From contig CAWGKG010000020.1 of assembly GCA_963823035.1 (NCBI GenBank), forward strand, positions 256,001-320,000: a stretch of DNA of 64,000 bases. The letters are read 5' to 3'. Below, in pieces: positions 22,598 through 32,857 of this stretch. Position 1 is the first letter of the stretch, and each line of letters begins with the position of its first letter. The position numbers were made by a program, and so were the translations under genes. A model generated the notes under the pieces. That model was not told the DNA's origin, searched no databases, and saw nothing but the letters and a program-made list of their open reading frames with translations. Source of the DNA: an uncultured Gemmatimonadales bacterium (lineage in GTDB: Bacteria; Gemmatimonadota; Gemmatimonadetes; Longimicrobiales; Gaopeijiaceae).

Positions 22598-23201
22598 TCA
22601 GCTCGTCGCCCGCCCGTCGTCCGGCGCGGGCGTCACCCGGTCGATGATCGCGCCGAGCTCCTGGTAGGCCTGCGGATCCACCTGGTTGAACTGGGGGATC
22701 ACCCCGGCGATCCGGCCGTCCGGCCCGACCACGATCACGCTCCGGCTCTCCACGAAGCCGTTGGCGCGCACGTTGCCGCCGAACTTGGCGTACGTCCCGC
22801 CGTTGTTCTCCGCGTCGCTGGCGAAGACGAAGGGGAAGTCCAGGTCCTTCAGCCAGGAGCCGAGCTCCGCGGGCGAGTCGTTCGAGATCCCGACGAGGAC
22901 GACGTTCCGGCCGTCGTGGAAGAGGCTTGCGTACTGATCACGGTACGCTGTCATCTGGACCGTTCAGCCCTTGGTCCGGACCTTGAAGAAGAAGGCGAGG
23001 ACGACGGTCTCTCCGCGGTAGTCGCTCAGGCGCACCGGCTGCTGCGAGCAGACCGTAGCGGGTCGCGCCCGGGAGCGCGAAGTCGGGCGCCATCTCGCCG
23101 ACGGCGATGAAGCCGTCGGCCGCCTCCTGCGCGGCGGCACGTACCGGCGCGACGGCGCCGAGGGAGCCCGCGAGGAGGGTGAGGGCGAGCGTACGACGCA
23201 T
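22598..23201 (-). CDS. exported peroxiredoxin (BCP/PrxQ-like) with in-frame UGA at the peroxidatic position, probable selenoprotein (one indel near 23045)
   Basis: Signal peptide MRRTLALTLLAGSLGAVAPVRAAAQ; VGEMAPDFAL; VRLSDYRGETVVLAFFFKVRTKG-TGA-TVQMTAYRDQY; VVLVGISND; FPFVFASD; RSVIVVGPDGRI. Confidence 0.8.
22929..22948 (-). promoter_or_regulatory. candidate bacterial SECIS stem-loop
   Basis: Minus strand: UGA (22966-22964), 15-nt spacer, GCGUAC-CGUGAUCA-GUACGC (6-bp perfect stem, G-containing loop). Confidence 0.6.
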
Positions 23202-23285
23202 GACGGGTCCTTGGTTGGCGGGAGGACGCTCGGACGGATCGTCGATACCCTACCGGCCTCCCCCGGATCCCGCCAGGCGCGCGGC

Positions 23286-23890
23286 TCAGCCGCCCCGACC
23301 GGGACGGGGCGGCGTGATCATGATGTGCGCCCCCGCCGTCCCCGGGAACATCAGCCAGGGGCCGCCGGACGGCTGCGTGCTCAGCCCCGTGCTCTCCGGC
23401 GTCGCGTCCGGCGTGTAGATGGTCCAGCGCAGGTAGGGGTCGGCGACCTCGTTCGTACGCCGCGTCGAAGCCGCTTCCGGTCAGGATGGTAGTTCACCGA
23501 GCCGGTGCGGGATCGGCAGCTTCCCGGCCTCGTGCTCCTTCCACCGCGTCTGGGTGCGCTCGTTGCCGGTCACGCCCTGCGCCGAGCAGCTCCCGCCCAC
23601 GTGCGAAGAAGGCCTCCAGGCCCTCGTGCGTGGCAGGAGACCTCGAAGCCCTCCGCCTTCGGGTCGGGGGCCATGCACACCAGCCCGTTCGTACCCTCGC
23701 GCAGGGTCACGAAAGCTCCGGACGCGTCCCACCCCTGGACGGTGGCGGCGGCGCGCATGTCCTCGGGTGCCGCCAGGACGGCCGCCCGGATCTGCTGCTC
23801 GGGCGTGAGGCCGCTCCACGAGCGTTGGGCGTGCAGGGGGGTGGAGGCCACGAGGGCCAGCGTGACGGCCGACAGGAGTTGGACGGACAT
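23286..23890 (-). CDS. exported hypothetical protein (frameshifted)
   Basis: Signal peptide MSVQLLSAVTLALVASTPLHAQ; IRAAVLAAPEDMRAAATV, LREGTNGLVC; C-terminus STGLSTQPSGGPWLMFPGTAGAHIMITP. Confidence 0.75.
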
Positions 23891-24050
23891 CGGGCGGCGT
23901 TCCTCTTCCGGTTTCGGGTGGTGTTCGAGCGCAAGACTAACGCGGGCGGTGCAGGCCGGTCCACGGTCTTCGGCACGTTCCGGCTTGTCTCGGGCGCGGA
24001 GGAGCCCCAATCTGACCGCGACCACCACCCCCCATCGCAGGAGGTTGGCG

Positions 24051-27000
24051 ATGCTCCGGTCCGCCCTCCGGATCGCTCCCCTGATCCTTCTCGCGAGCGG
24101 CTCCCCTCGCCGCGCAGTCCCCCGCCGCACGCGCTCCGCCCCCTCCACTTCCGATCCATCGGACCCACGAACATGGGCGGGCGGGTCGCCGACGTGGACG
24201 GCATCCCCGGTGACCCGAAGACCTTCTACGTCTCGGGCGTCGACGGCGGCGTCTTCAAGACCACGAACGGTGGCACCACCTTCTCCGAGATCTTCAACGA
24301 CGAAGGCTGGTACTCCGTCGGTGCGCTCACGGTCGCGCCTTCCGATCACAACGTCCTCTGGGTCGGTACCGGCGAGGGCGATCCGAGGAACTCCACGTCG
24401 TACGGCAACGGCGTCTACCGCTCCACCAACGGCGGCGCGACCTGGACGCACCTCGGCCTGGACCAGACCGAGCGCATCAAGCGCATCGCCGTGGATCCCC
24501 GGAACCCCGACGTCGCGTGGGTGTGCGCGCTCGGCCACGCGTGGGGCGCCAACGAGGAGCGCGGGGTGTTCCGGACGCGGGACGCAGGCTCGAGTTGGGA
24601 GAAGGTGCTCTACGTCGACCAGGACACGGGGTGCTCGGACCTGGACATCGACCTGAGCAACCCGCGCGTCCTCTACGCCGGAATGTGGACCTTCCGACGA
24701 CGCCCGTGGCGATTCGACGACGGAGGGAAGGAGACGGCCGCCTACCGCTCGATGGACGGGGGCGACAGCTGGGAGAAGCTCGACGTCAGCGACGCGCCGA
24801 TGGCGCGCATCGGCATCCAGGTGGCGCAGAGCCAGCCGGCCACCGTGTACCTGATCTCCGAGATCCCGGACATGAAGGGCGAGCTGTGGCGCTCCGACGA
24901 CCACGGGGACACGTGGCGGGTGGTGAACACCGACCCGAACATCAACTTCCGCCCCTTCTACTACTCGGACCTGCGCGTCGACCCGAACAATCCGGAGGTG
25001 GTGTACACGCTCTCGGGCCGGTTGAGCAAGTCGACGGACGGCGGGCGCACCTTCGAGCGCATCGCGAACGACGTGCACGGTGACCACCAGTCGTTCTGGA
25101 TCGATCCGGCGGACTCGAAGCGCCTCATCAGCGGCTCGGACGGCGGCTTCCAGCTCTCCTTCGACGCGGGCGAGACGTTCGACGTCGTCAACAACGTCAC
25201 GCTCTCGCAGTACTACGACATCTTCCCGGACGATCAGGACCCCTACTGGATCTGCGGCGGGCTCCAGGACAACGGCCATTGGTGCGGACCGTCGAACTCG
25301 CTGAACGGCGACGGCATCCTCAAGGACGACTGGTTCACGATCTCGGGCGGAGACGGCTTCTACGCGGTGCCCGTCCCCGGCTCTCCGTGGCTCGTCTACA
25401 CGGCCAGCCAGGGCGGCAACCTGATCCTCAACGACACGCGCACCGGCGCGAGCCGGCGCGTGCACCCCTACCCGAAGATCGTGGGCTCCGCGGGCGACGC
25501 GATGGTCGACCACGAGTACCGCTTCAACTGGGAGGCCCCGATCCAGGTGTCGCCGCACGATCCGGCCACCGTGTACTTCGGCGGCAACGTCGTCTTCCGT
25601 AGCCGCGACTACGGCAACTCGTGGGACGTGATCAGCCCCGACCTCACCACGGACAATCCCGAGAAGCAGCTGGACTCGGGGGGCGAGATCTACCTCGACA
25701 ACACCGCGGCCGAGTTCCACACCACGATCTTCACGCTCGCCGAGTCGCCCGTGCAGCCCGGGGTCATCTGGGTGGGCACCGACGACGGCAACATCCAGGT
25801 CACGCAGGACGGAGGGGACACCTGGACGAACGTGTCCCCGAACGTGCCGGGGCTCCCGGCCGAGACGTGGATCAGCAAGATCGACCCCTCCTGGCACGAC
25901 GCGGGCACGGCCTGGGTGGCGGTGGACAACCACCGCCTCGACGACTTCAAGCCGTACGCCTACGTGACCCGCGACTACGGGAAGACGTGGACCAACCTCG
26001 CGGCGGGGCTGCCGCAGGACGACTACGTGAAGGTCGTCCGCGAGGACCCGAAGAACCCGAACCTCCTCTACCTGGGGATGGAGCGCGGGCTGTTCGCGTC
26101 GTGGGACGCGGGTGAGACGTGGGTGAGCATCCGCAACAACATCCCGCCGGTCTCGGTGCGCGACATCAAGATCCAACCGGACTACAACGACCTCGTGATC
26201 GGTACGCACGGTCGCGGGGCCTACATCCTCGACGACCTTTCGGCCTTCCAGCAGCTGCCGGAGGCGATGGAGGACCCGCAGGGCGCGTTCCTCTTCCCGA
26301 TCCGGCGCGCCACGCGCTGGCAGATGGCGAGCAAGGACGCCAACCACGGACAGCGCGAGTGGATCGGCGACAACCCGCCGGAGGGTGCGCTCGTCCGCTA
26401 CTTCGTGAAGGACGCCCCGACGCGCCCGCTCACGCTCGAGATCTCGGACGCGCGCGGCCAGGTGGTGTCGACCTCGACGCTACGCGGCGCGAACGCCGGC
26501 GTGAATCAGACGACGTGGAACCTCCGCTACGAGGGCGCCGAGCCGATTCCGGGAGAGGGCGGCGGGGGAGGTGGCGGCTTCTTCGGATTCGGCGGGGGCG
26601 GGCCGACCGCGCTGCCGGGGACGTACACGGCCACGCTGCGTGGCGACGGGTGGGAGCGCGCGCGCAGCTTCGAGGTGCGCGGCGATCCCCGGGTCGAGAT
26701 GACGAACGCGCAGTATCAGGCGCAGTTCGACGCCGTGGTGGCGCTGCGCGACCTCACCACCCAGGTCAACCAGGCGATCGGGCTGGCCGAGAGCGTCATG
26801 AAGCAGCTCGGGGACCTGGCCGGGACGCTCGAGGCGGCCGGTGACGAAGGCGGCATCGTGCAGGAGGTGAAGGACGCCGACGCGGCGGTGCAGGAGGTGA
26901 GCGACCTGTACCTGCGCCGTCCGCCTCCCCGGATGGGATACCGGCAGCGGCCGCGCGTGAGCGAGGAGCTGCGCTCCCTCATGGGCGCGATCGCCAACGT

Positions 27001-27172
27001 GGAGGCACCGCCCACGGAGCCGCAGTCGAACCGGCTGGTGGAGCTGCGCGGGGAGGCACAGGCGGCGATCGACGCGCTGAACGTGGTCATCGACACCAGG
27101 ATCCGCGACCTGAACGAGAAGCTCGGAGACCGCCCCCACATCATGATCGCGCGGCCGCGGGTGATCTCGTGA
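24051..27172 (+). CDS. VPS10/sortilin-like BNR-repeat beta-propeller protein (glycosyl-hydrolase-like; frameshift near start)
   Basis: FRSIGPTNMGGRV, repeated Asp-boxes (STNGGATW, SDDHGDTW, STDGGRTF, SRDYGNSW), GGLQDNG, GTHGRG. Confidence 0.9.
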
Positions 27173-28171
27173 CTTCCCGACGCGCCCGAGGGCTCGCCGA
27201 CCTGTGTACGCTGGCGGCGGCCGCCCTCGTCGCGGCCACGCCGGCGTGGGCGCGTCAGACCACCGAAGCACCCGGCGTCGCCCTGGTGGCGATGCCGTAC
27301 TCGGGCGCGCGCAACGTGCCCGAGCTGTCGGGGGGCCCGGCCTACCTCCTGGCCGGCGGTCTCGAGGAGAGCCTGCGCGCGGAGGGGTCCGCCTCGGGCG
27401 ACGCGCACGGTCGCGCTGTCGGCGGGGGACGAAAAGGAATACGGCGAGTGGCACCGGATGGGGCTGGCGAACGGCCACCTCGCGGAGATGGTCGCCGAGA
27501 ACCGACGGGCCGGGGCGATCACGGTGGGCCTCCTCGCGAACTGCACGTCGGTGATCGGGATGCTCGGCGGCCTCCAGCACTCGGGGCCCGACGCCGCGCC
27601 GCGCTCGGTCGGGCTCGTGTTCATCGACGCGCACGGCGATTTCAACGTCCCGGAGACGACGCTGAGCGGGATGCTCGGCGGCATGCCGGTCGCCGTGTCC
27701 GCGGGGCTGGCCCTCGAGCGCCTGCGCCGCGAGTCCGGGCTCGACCCGGCGCTGCCCACCGACCATATCGTCATGGGTGCCGTACGCGACCTCGATCCGC
27801 TCGAGCGCGAGCTTCTCGAGCGCTCGGACGTCCAGCATCTGAGCACGGAGGACCTGCGTCACCCGGAGGCCGTGCGCCGCCAGATCGAGCGCCTGGCCCG
27901 CACGTCCGACGTGATCTACGTGCACGTCGACATGGACGTGCTCGATCCGGCCGAGGTGCCCGGCCATCCGCTCACCGTTCCGGGCGGCCCCACGAGCCGC
28001 GAGCTGGCCGACGCCATCGCCGTGATGTTCCACGACCCGAAGGTGGCCGCCCTCGGGATCGCGTCCACGCCGTACGGCGAGCGCGACCCTGACGGCGTGT
28101 CGCGGCGGGCGGCCTACAACCTCGTCGACGGCGCGATGCGCGGTGTGCGGGAGCGGGCGGAGACGCGTTGA
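27169..28171 (+). CDS. arginase/ureohydrolase family protein with signal peptide (frameshift near 27400)
   Basis: FIDAHGDFN, GMLGGMPV, GAVRDLD, YVHVDMDVLDP; N-terminal AAAALVAATPAWA. Confidence 0.85.
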
Positions 28172-29499
28172 CCCGGACCCGCTCCTTCGGGGTGTGGACG
28201 GCCCTCGCGCTCGTGGTCGGGAACATGGTGGGCTCGGGCGCCTACCTGGTGCCCTCGGCGCTCGGGCGCTACGGGCCGATCGGGCTCCTCGGGTGGACGG
28301 TGACGGCGGCCGGTGCCATCTGCCTCGCGCTCGTCTTCGGGCGGCTCGGACGGATCATGCCGGCGGAGGGAGGACCGTACGCCTACACGCGGGCCACGCT
28401 CGGCGATGCGCCGGCCTTCGTGGTCGCGTGGGGCTACTGGGTGTCGGTGTGGGTCGGCAACGCCGCGATCGCCACCGCGTTCGTGGCGTACCTCACGCCG
28501 TTCTTCCCCGCACTCGGGGCCTCCCCCGTGCTCGGCGCCATCGCCGCGGTGGGCAGCATCTGGCTGCTGACCGCGATCAACGTGTGGGGGGTGCGCGAGG
28601 CGGCCCTGGTCCAGTTGGCGACCACGGTCCTGAAGGTGATCCCCCTCGTGTTGGTGGCCACGCTCGGCCTCCTCGCGCTCGACACGGCGAAGCTCACGCC
28701 GTTCAACGTGAGCGGCGGCTCGGGGCTGTCGGCGGTGACGGCCACGGCCGCGCTCACGCTGTGGGGCTTCATGGGCCTCGAGAGCGCGACCATCCCGGTC
28801 GACGAGGTGCTCGAGCCCGAGCGCACCATCCCGCGGGCGACGATCCTGGGGACGGTGGCGACGGCGGCGCTCTACATTCTGAGTGCGGCCGCCGTGATGG
28901 GCGTGATGACGTCCGCGGAGCTCGCAGCGAGCACCGCGCCCTACGCCGACGCGGCGGCGCGCATGTGGGGCGGATGGGCCGGGCACCTCGTCGCGGCGGG
29001 GGCGGCCACGGCGGGCTTCGGCGTCCTCAACGGGTGGGTGCTCATGCAGGGCCAGATGCCGCTGGCCCCCGCGCGCGACGGGCTCTTTCCCGAGGCGTTC
29101 GGGAGGCTGTCCGCGCGCGGCACGCCGGCGTTCGGCCTGGTGCTGTCCAGCGCGTTGGCCACGGTGCTGGTGGCCGCCAACTACACGCGCGGCCTCGTCG
29201 GCCTGTTCACCTTCGCCCTCCTGCTCGCGACGGTGACCGTGCTGGCCTCCTACGTGTGCGCCTCGCTCGCGCACGTCCTCCTGATCGTGCGCGAGCCGGC
29301 GCGCTTCGGGGGGCCGGGCGCGCGGCGCGCGCTCGTGGTGTCCGCGTTGGCCTTCGCGTACTCCGTCTGGGCGGTGATCGGGGCGGGGTGGGATGCGGTC
29401 TTCTGGGGCGGCGTGCTCCTCGCGCTCGGCACGCCCATCTACCTGCTGGGCGCCGGACGGAGGGCCGCCATGCCCGACGTCGGCGCGGAGGTCGGCTGA
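28168..29499 (+). CDS. APC-family amino acid permease (AdiC/PotE-like)
   Basis: LVVGNMVGSGAYLVPSAL, GGPYAY, LWGFMGLESA, multiple TM helices. Confidence 0.93.
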   Translation: MTRTRSFGVWTALALVVGNMVGSGAYLVPSALGRYGPIGLLGWTVTAAGAICLALVFGRLGRIMPAEGGPYAYTRATLGDAPAFVVAWGYWVSVWVGNAAIATAFVAYLTPFFPALGASPVLGAIAAVGSIWLLTAINVWGVREAALVQLATTVLKVIPLVLVATLGLLALDTAKLTPFNVSGGSGLSAVTATAALTLWGFMGLESATIPVDEVLEPERTIPRATILGTVATAALYILSAAAVMGVMTSAELAASTAPYADAAARMWGGWAGHLVAAGAATAGFGVLNGWVLMQGQMPLAPARDGLFPEAFGRLSARGTPAFGLVLSSALATVLVAANYTRGLVGLFTFALLLATVTVLASYVCASLAHVLLIVREPARFGGPGARRALVVSALAFAYSVWAVIGAGWDAVFWGGVLLALGTPIYLLGAGRRAAMPDVGAEVG

Positions 29500-30386
29500 T
29501 GCCTGAGCCGGCAGGGGCCTTCCAGTCGGACGTCGGTCGGCTGCGGCGGGTGCTCCTCAAGCACGCGCGCGCCGCCTTCGTGGACCCGGCCTCCGTGGAG
29601 GCCCAGTGGCGCGCGCTCGGCTACCTGGCGCCTCCCGACTTCGACGCGGCCTGCAGGGAATCCGACGCCTTCGCCTCCCTCCTGGAGGGCCTGGGCGTGG
29701 AGGTGGCATGGACGGCGGCGGACGACGTCGGGCTCGACTCGATCTACGTGAGGGACGCCTCCGTGGTGTGCGACCGCGGCGCCATCCTGTGCAGCATGGG
29801 GAAGGTCGCCCGGCGTGCCGAGCCGGAGCGGTTGCGGGCCGCGTACGGCGCGGCGGGCGTGCCCGTACTCGGCGCGATCGAGGGAGACGGAAGGGTGGAA
29901 GGGGGCGACGTGATATGGCTGGACGCGCGTACCCTGGCGGTCGGCCGCGGATACCGCACGAACGACGAGGGCATCCGGCAGCTCACGGCCCTCCTGGGTG
30001 GCGCCGTGGACGCGGTGCTCACCGTGCCGCTCCCGCACTGGAACGGTCCGGACGACGTCTTCCACCTGATGTCGGTCATCAGCCCGCTGGACCACGACCT
30101 CGCGCTCGTGTACTCACCGCTCCTGCCCGTGCCCTTCCGGGAGACGCTGCTGGCACGCGGGGTCGAGCTGGTCGAGGTGCCCGACGCGGAGTTCGACTCG
30201 CTGGGCGGCAACGTGCTCGCGGTCGCGCCGCGCGTGGCCGTGGCCGTGGCCGGCAATCCGGAGACGCGCCGGCGCATGGAGGACGCCGGCGTGCGCGTGC
30301 ACAGCTACCGGGGCGAGGAGATCTCCGTGAAGGGGTGCGGCGGTCCCACCTGCCTGACCCGCCCCCTCGAGCGCGACGAGTCCTGA
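29499..30386 (+). CDS. amidinotransferase / dimethylarginine dimethylaminohydrolase family protein
   Basis: DSIYVRDA, GRVEGGDV, RTNDEG, FHLMSVIS, GCGGPTCLTRP (catalytic Cys). Confidence 0.9.
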   Translation: MPEPAGAFQSDVGRLRRVLLKHARAAFVDPASVEAQWRALGYLAPPDFDAACRESDAFASLLEGLGVEVAWTAADDVGLDSIYVRDASVVCDRGAILCSMGKVARRAEPERLRAAYGAAGVPVLGAIEGDGRVEGGDVIWLDARTLAVGRGYRTNDEGIRQLTALLGGAVDAVLTVPLPHWNGPDDVFHLMSVISPLDHDLALVYSPLLPVPFRETLLARGVELVEVPDAEFDSLGGNVLAVAPRVAVAVAGNPETRRRMEDAGVRVHSYRGEEISVKGCGGPTCLTRPLERDES

Positions 30387-30402
30387 GCGGGCCGCCACCT
30401 CC

Positions 30403-32708
30403 TCAGCGCACCCGAAGCACGCTCCCCTTGGGGAGGGGCACGAAGACACCGTCCTCCGCGAGCGTCTCGAGCTTCAGCGTCTTGCCGCCGCCCGCCTGGA
30501 AGTAGACCACCTCGAAGGGATGGAGGCCCTTGGCCAGCGCGACCTCGGCCGTCTTCGAGACCGGGCCGTGCGGACCGTCGTTGTCGAGAACGACGGCGCC
30601 GCCGAAGCGCAGCACCGCCCCGTCGTCCGCGGTCAGGCGGAAGGTGTACACGCCGTCCTCGGGAACGGAGAGGTACCCACCGAAGCGGAGGCCGAACACC
30701 GAGTCCGGCGCCATGGCCGGGAGGGCGACGTCGTCGACCTTGTCGCGCCGGAGCAGCTCGCCGCGCCCCTCGACATCCGCCACGCGGCGGATCCTGCCCC
30801 GGTAGACGTCCATGTTGAGGCCGTCCTCCAGGGCGGCACCCACCAGGGCGGCGGGACGGGGTGTCGCCCGGGAGAACGCCGCCTTGCGCACGGGTCCCTC
30901 CCGCCCGTCGGGGAGCACCATGCGCGCGGCCACCTCCACCGGGCCGTCCTCGACCTTCACCTTCACGGGCCCCGTGTAGCGCGGGGACGAGGCCGACGGC
31001 TCCGTACCGTCGACCGTGTAGTGGATCGAGCCGTCCGACGCGGCCCCGAGCGTGACCTTCATGTCGTCGTCCAGCGTCAGGCGGTCCCGGTCGAGACCGA
31101 GGACGTCGGGGATGCGGTAGCGGATGCCCTGGGCGTCGAGACGCTCGAGGTGCCACGGAAGGCGGCGCGCGAAGTCGCCGAAGTGGCGCGGCTCCGGGTC
31201 CGTCCACACCACTTCGGACAGCGCGAACATGCGCGGGAAGACCATGTACTCGACCTGTTCCGGCGTGTCGATGTACTCCGTCCACACGTTCGCCTGTGCG
31301 CCCAGGACGTGTCGCGCCGCGTCCGGTCCGAGCTCCTCGGGCACGGGCTCGAAGGCGTAGACGCGTCTCGAGCGGCGTGAAGCCGCCGATCGCCAGCGGC
31401 TCCTGCTCCGGGTCGCCCTGATAGAAGTCGAAGTACAGGTGGCTGGTGGGCGTCATGACCACGTCGTGGCCCTGCTGCGCCGCCTCGATGCCGCCTTGCG
31501 TGCCGCGCCATGACATGACCGTCGCGTTCGGGGCCAGCCCTCCCTCGAGGATCTCGTCCCAGCCGATGAGCCTGCGGCCGTGCTCGTTCAGGAAGCGCTC
31601 GATGCGCTGCGTGAACCAGCTCTGCAGCTCGCTTCTCGTCGGCGAGCCCCTCACGCTGGATGACGGCCTGGGCCACCTCGCTCTGCTCCCAACGTGCCTT
31701 GGGCGCTTCGTCGCCGCCGATGTGGATGTACTCGCCGGGGAAGAGGTCCATGACCTCGGTGAGCACGTTCTCGAGGAAGGTGAACGTCTCCTCCCTGGGG
31801 CAGAAGATGTCCTCGAACACGCCCCACTTCGTCCCGACCTCGAAGGGACCGGGGGTGCACGCGAGCTCGGGGTAGGCGGCGAGCGCCGCGAGGGAGTGTC
31901 CCGGCATCTCGATCTCGGGGACGATCGTCACGTAGCGCTCCTGCGCGTAGCGCACGATGTCGCGGATCTCGTCCTGGGTGTAGAAGCCGCCGTAGCGCAG
32001 GCCGTCGCCCGACGTACGGGTCGAAGTTCTTCTCGACCATCGTCTCCTTCCGCCATGCTCCCACCTCGGTCAGGCGCGGATAGGCTTTGATCTCGATGCG
32101 CCACCCCTGGTCGTCGGTGAGATGCCAGTGGAAGCGGTTGATCTTGTAGCGCGCGAGCTCGTCGATGTAGCGCTTCACGAACTCGGGCCCGAAGAAGTGC
32201 CGTGCCACGTCGAGGTGCATGCCGCGCCAGGAGAAGCGCGGCGCGTCCGCCAAGGCGGCCGCGGGGAGCTTCACCGCCGCCGCGCCGTTCGATGCCGTCG
32301 GCCGGGAGCATCTGGGTAAGCGTCTCCAGGCCGTAGAAGAGCCCCGCGTGGTCGTGACCCGTCACCACCACGCTGTCGCCGGTGACGGTGAGTGCGTAGC
32401 CCTCCGCCGGGCCGGCGTCGTCCACGCGCAGGCAGACGGAGCCCTTCACGCACGGCCCGGCCTCCGCGGGGAGGGCCCACCCGGTCGCCGCCCGCACGGG
32501 GGCGGCCCAGAAGTCCGCGAGGCGGGCGACCTCCGGATCCGCGTCGTTGCCGAGCGCGATGCGGGTGCGTGGGCCGAGCTCGAAGTCGCCCTTGCCGGGC
32601 GTGAGCGAACGGGGGGCCGGAAGAAGCGTGAAGTCGGCGGCGGTGTGCGCGCCTGCGCATCCACCGAGGGAGAGCACGAGGAGGAGCGCGAAGAGAGGGT
32701 CGGGTCAC
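30403..32708 (-). CDS. GH20 beta-N-acetylhexosaminidase with C-terminal chitobiase-like and PA14 domains (frameshifted; start uncertain)
   Basis: PRFSWRGMHLDVARHF, FHWHLTDDQGWRIEI, EIEMPGH, HIGGDEA, YFDFYQ, LGAQANVWTE; PA14 LTADDG, DNDGPHG. Confidence 0.92.
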
Positions 32709-32857
32709 GGGGATGGCGATCGATTCGGCGTGGGGGCGGGTGGGCGGTGGGGGCGGCGACGCGCCACGCCCCGTGAACACGTACCGGCAGACCGGTCCGG
32801 GGGCAAGGCGCCGAGGCGAAGGACGCCGCCCATGATCCCCCGGTGGGACGCGAGCGC

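Noticed and set aside
28143..30386. 747-aa ORF overlapping the permease
   Set aside because: The N-terminal part is an Arg/Gly-rich shadow frame; the real gene starts at ATG 29499.
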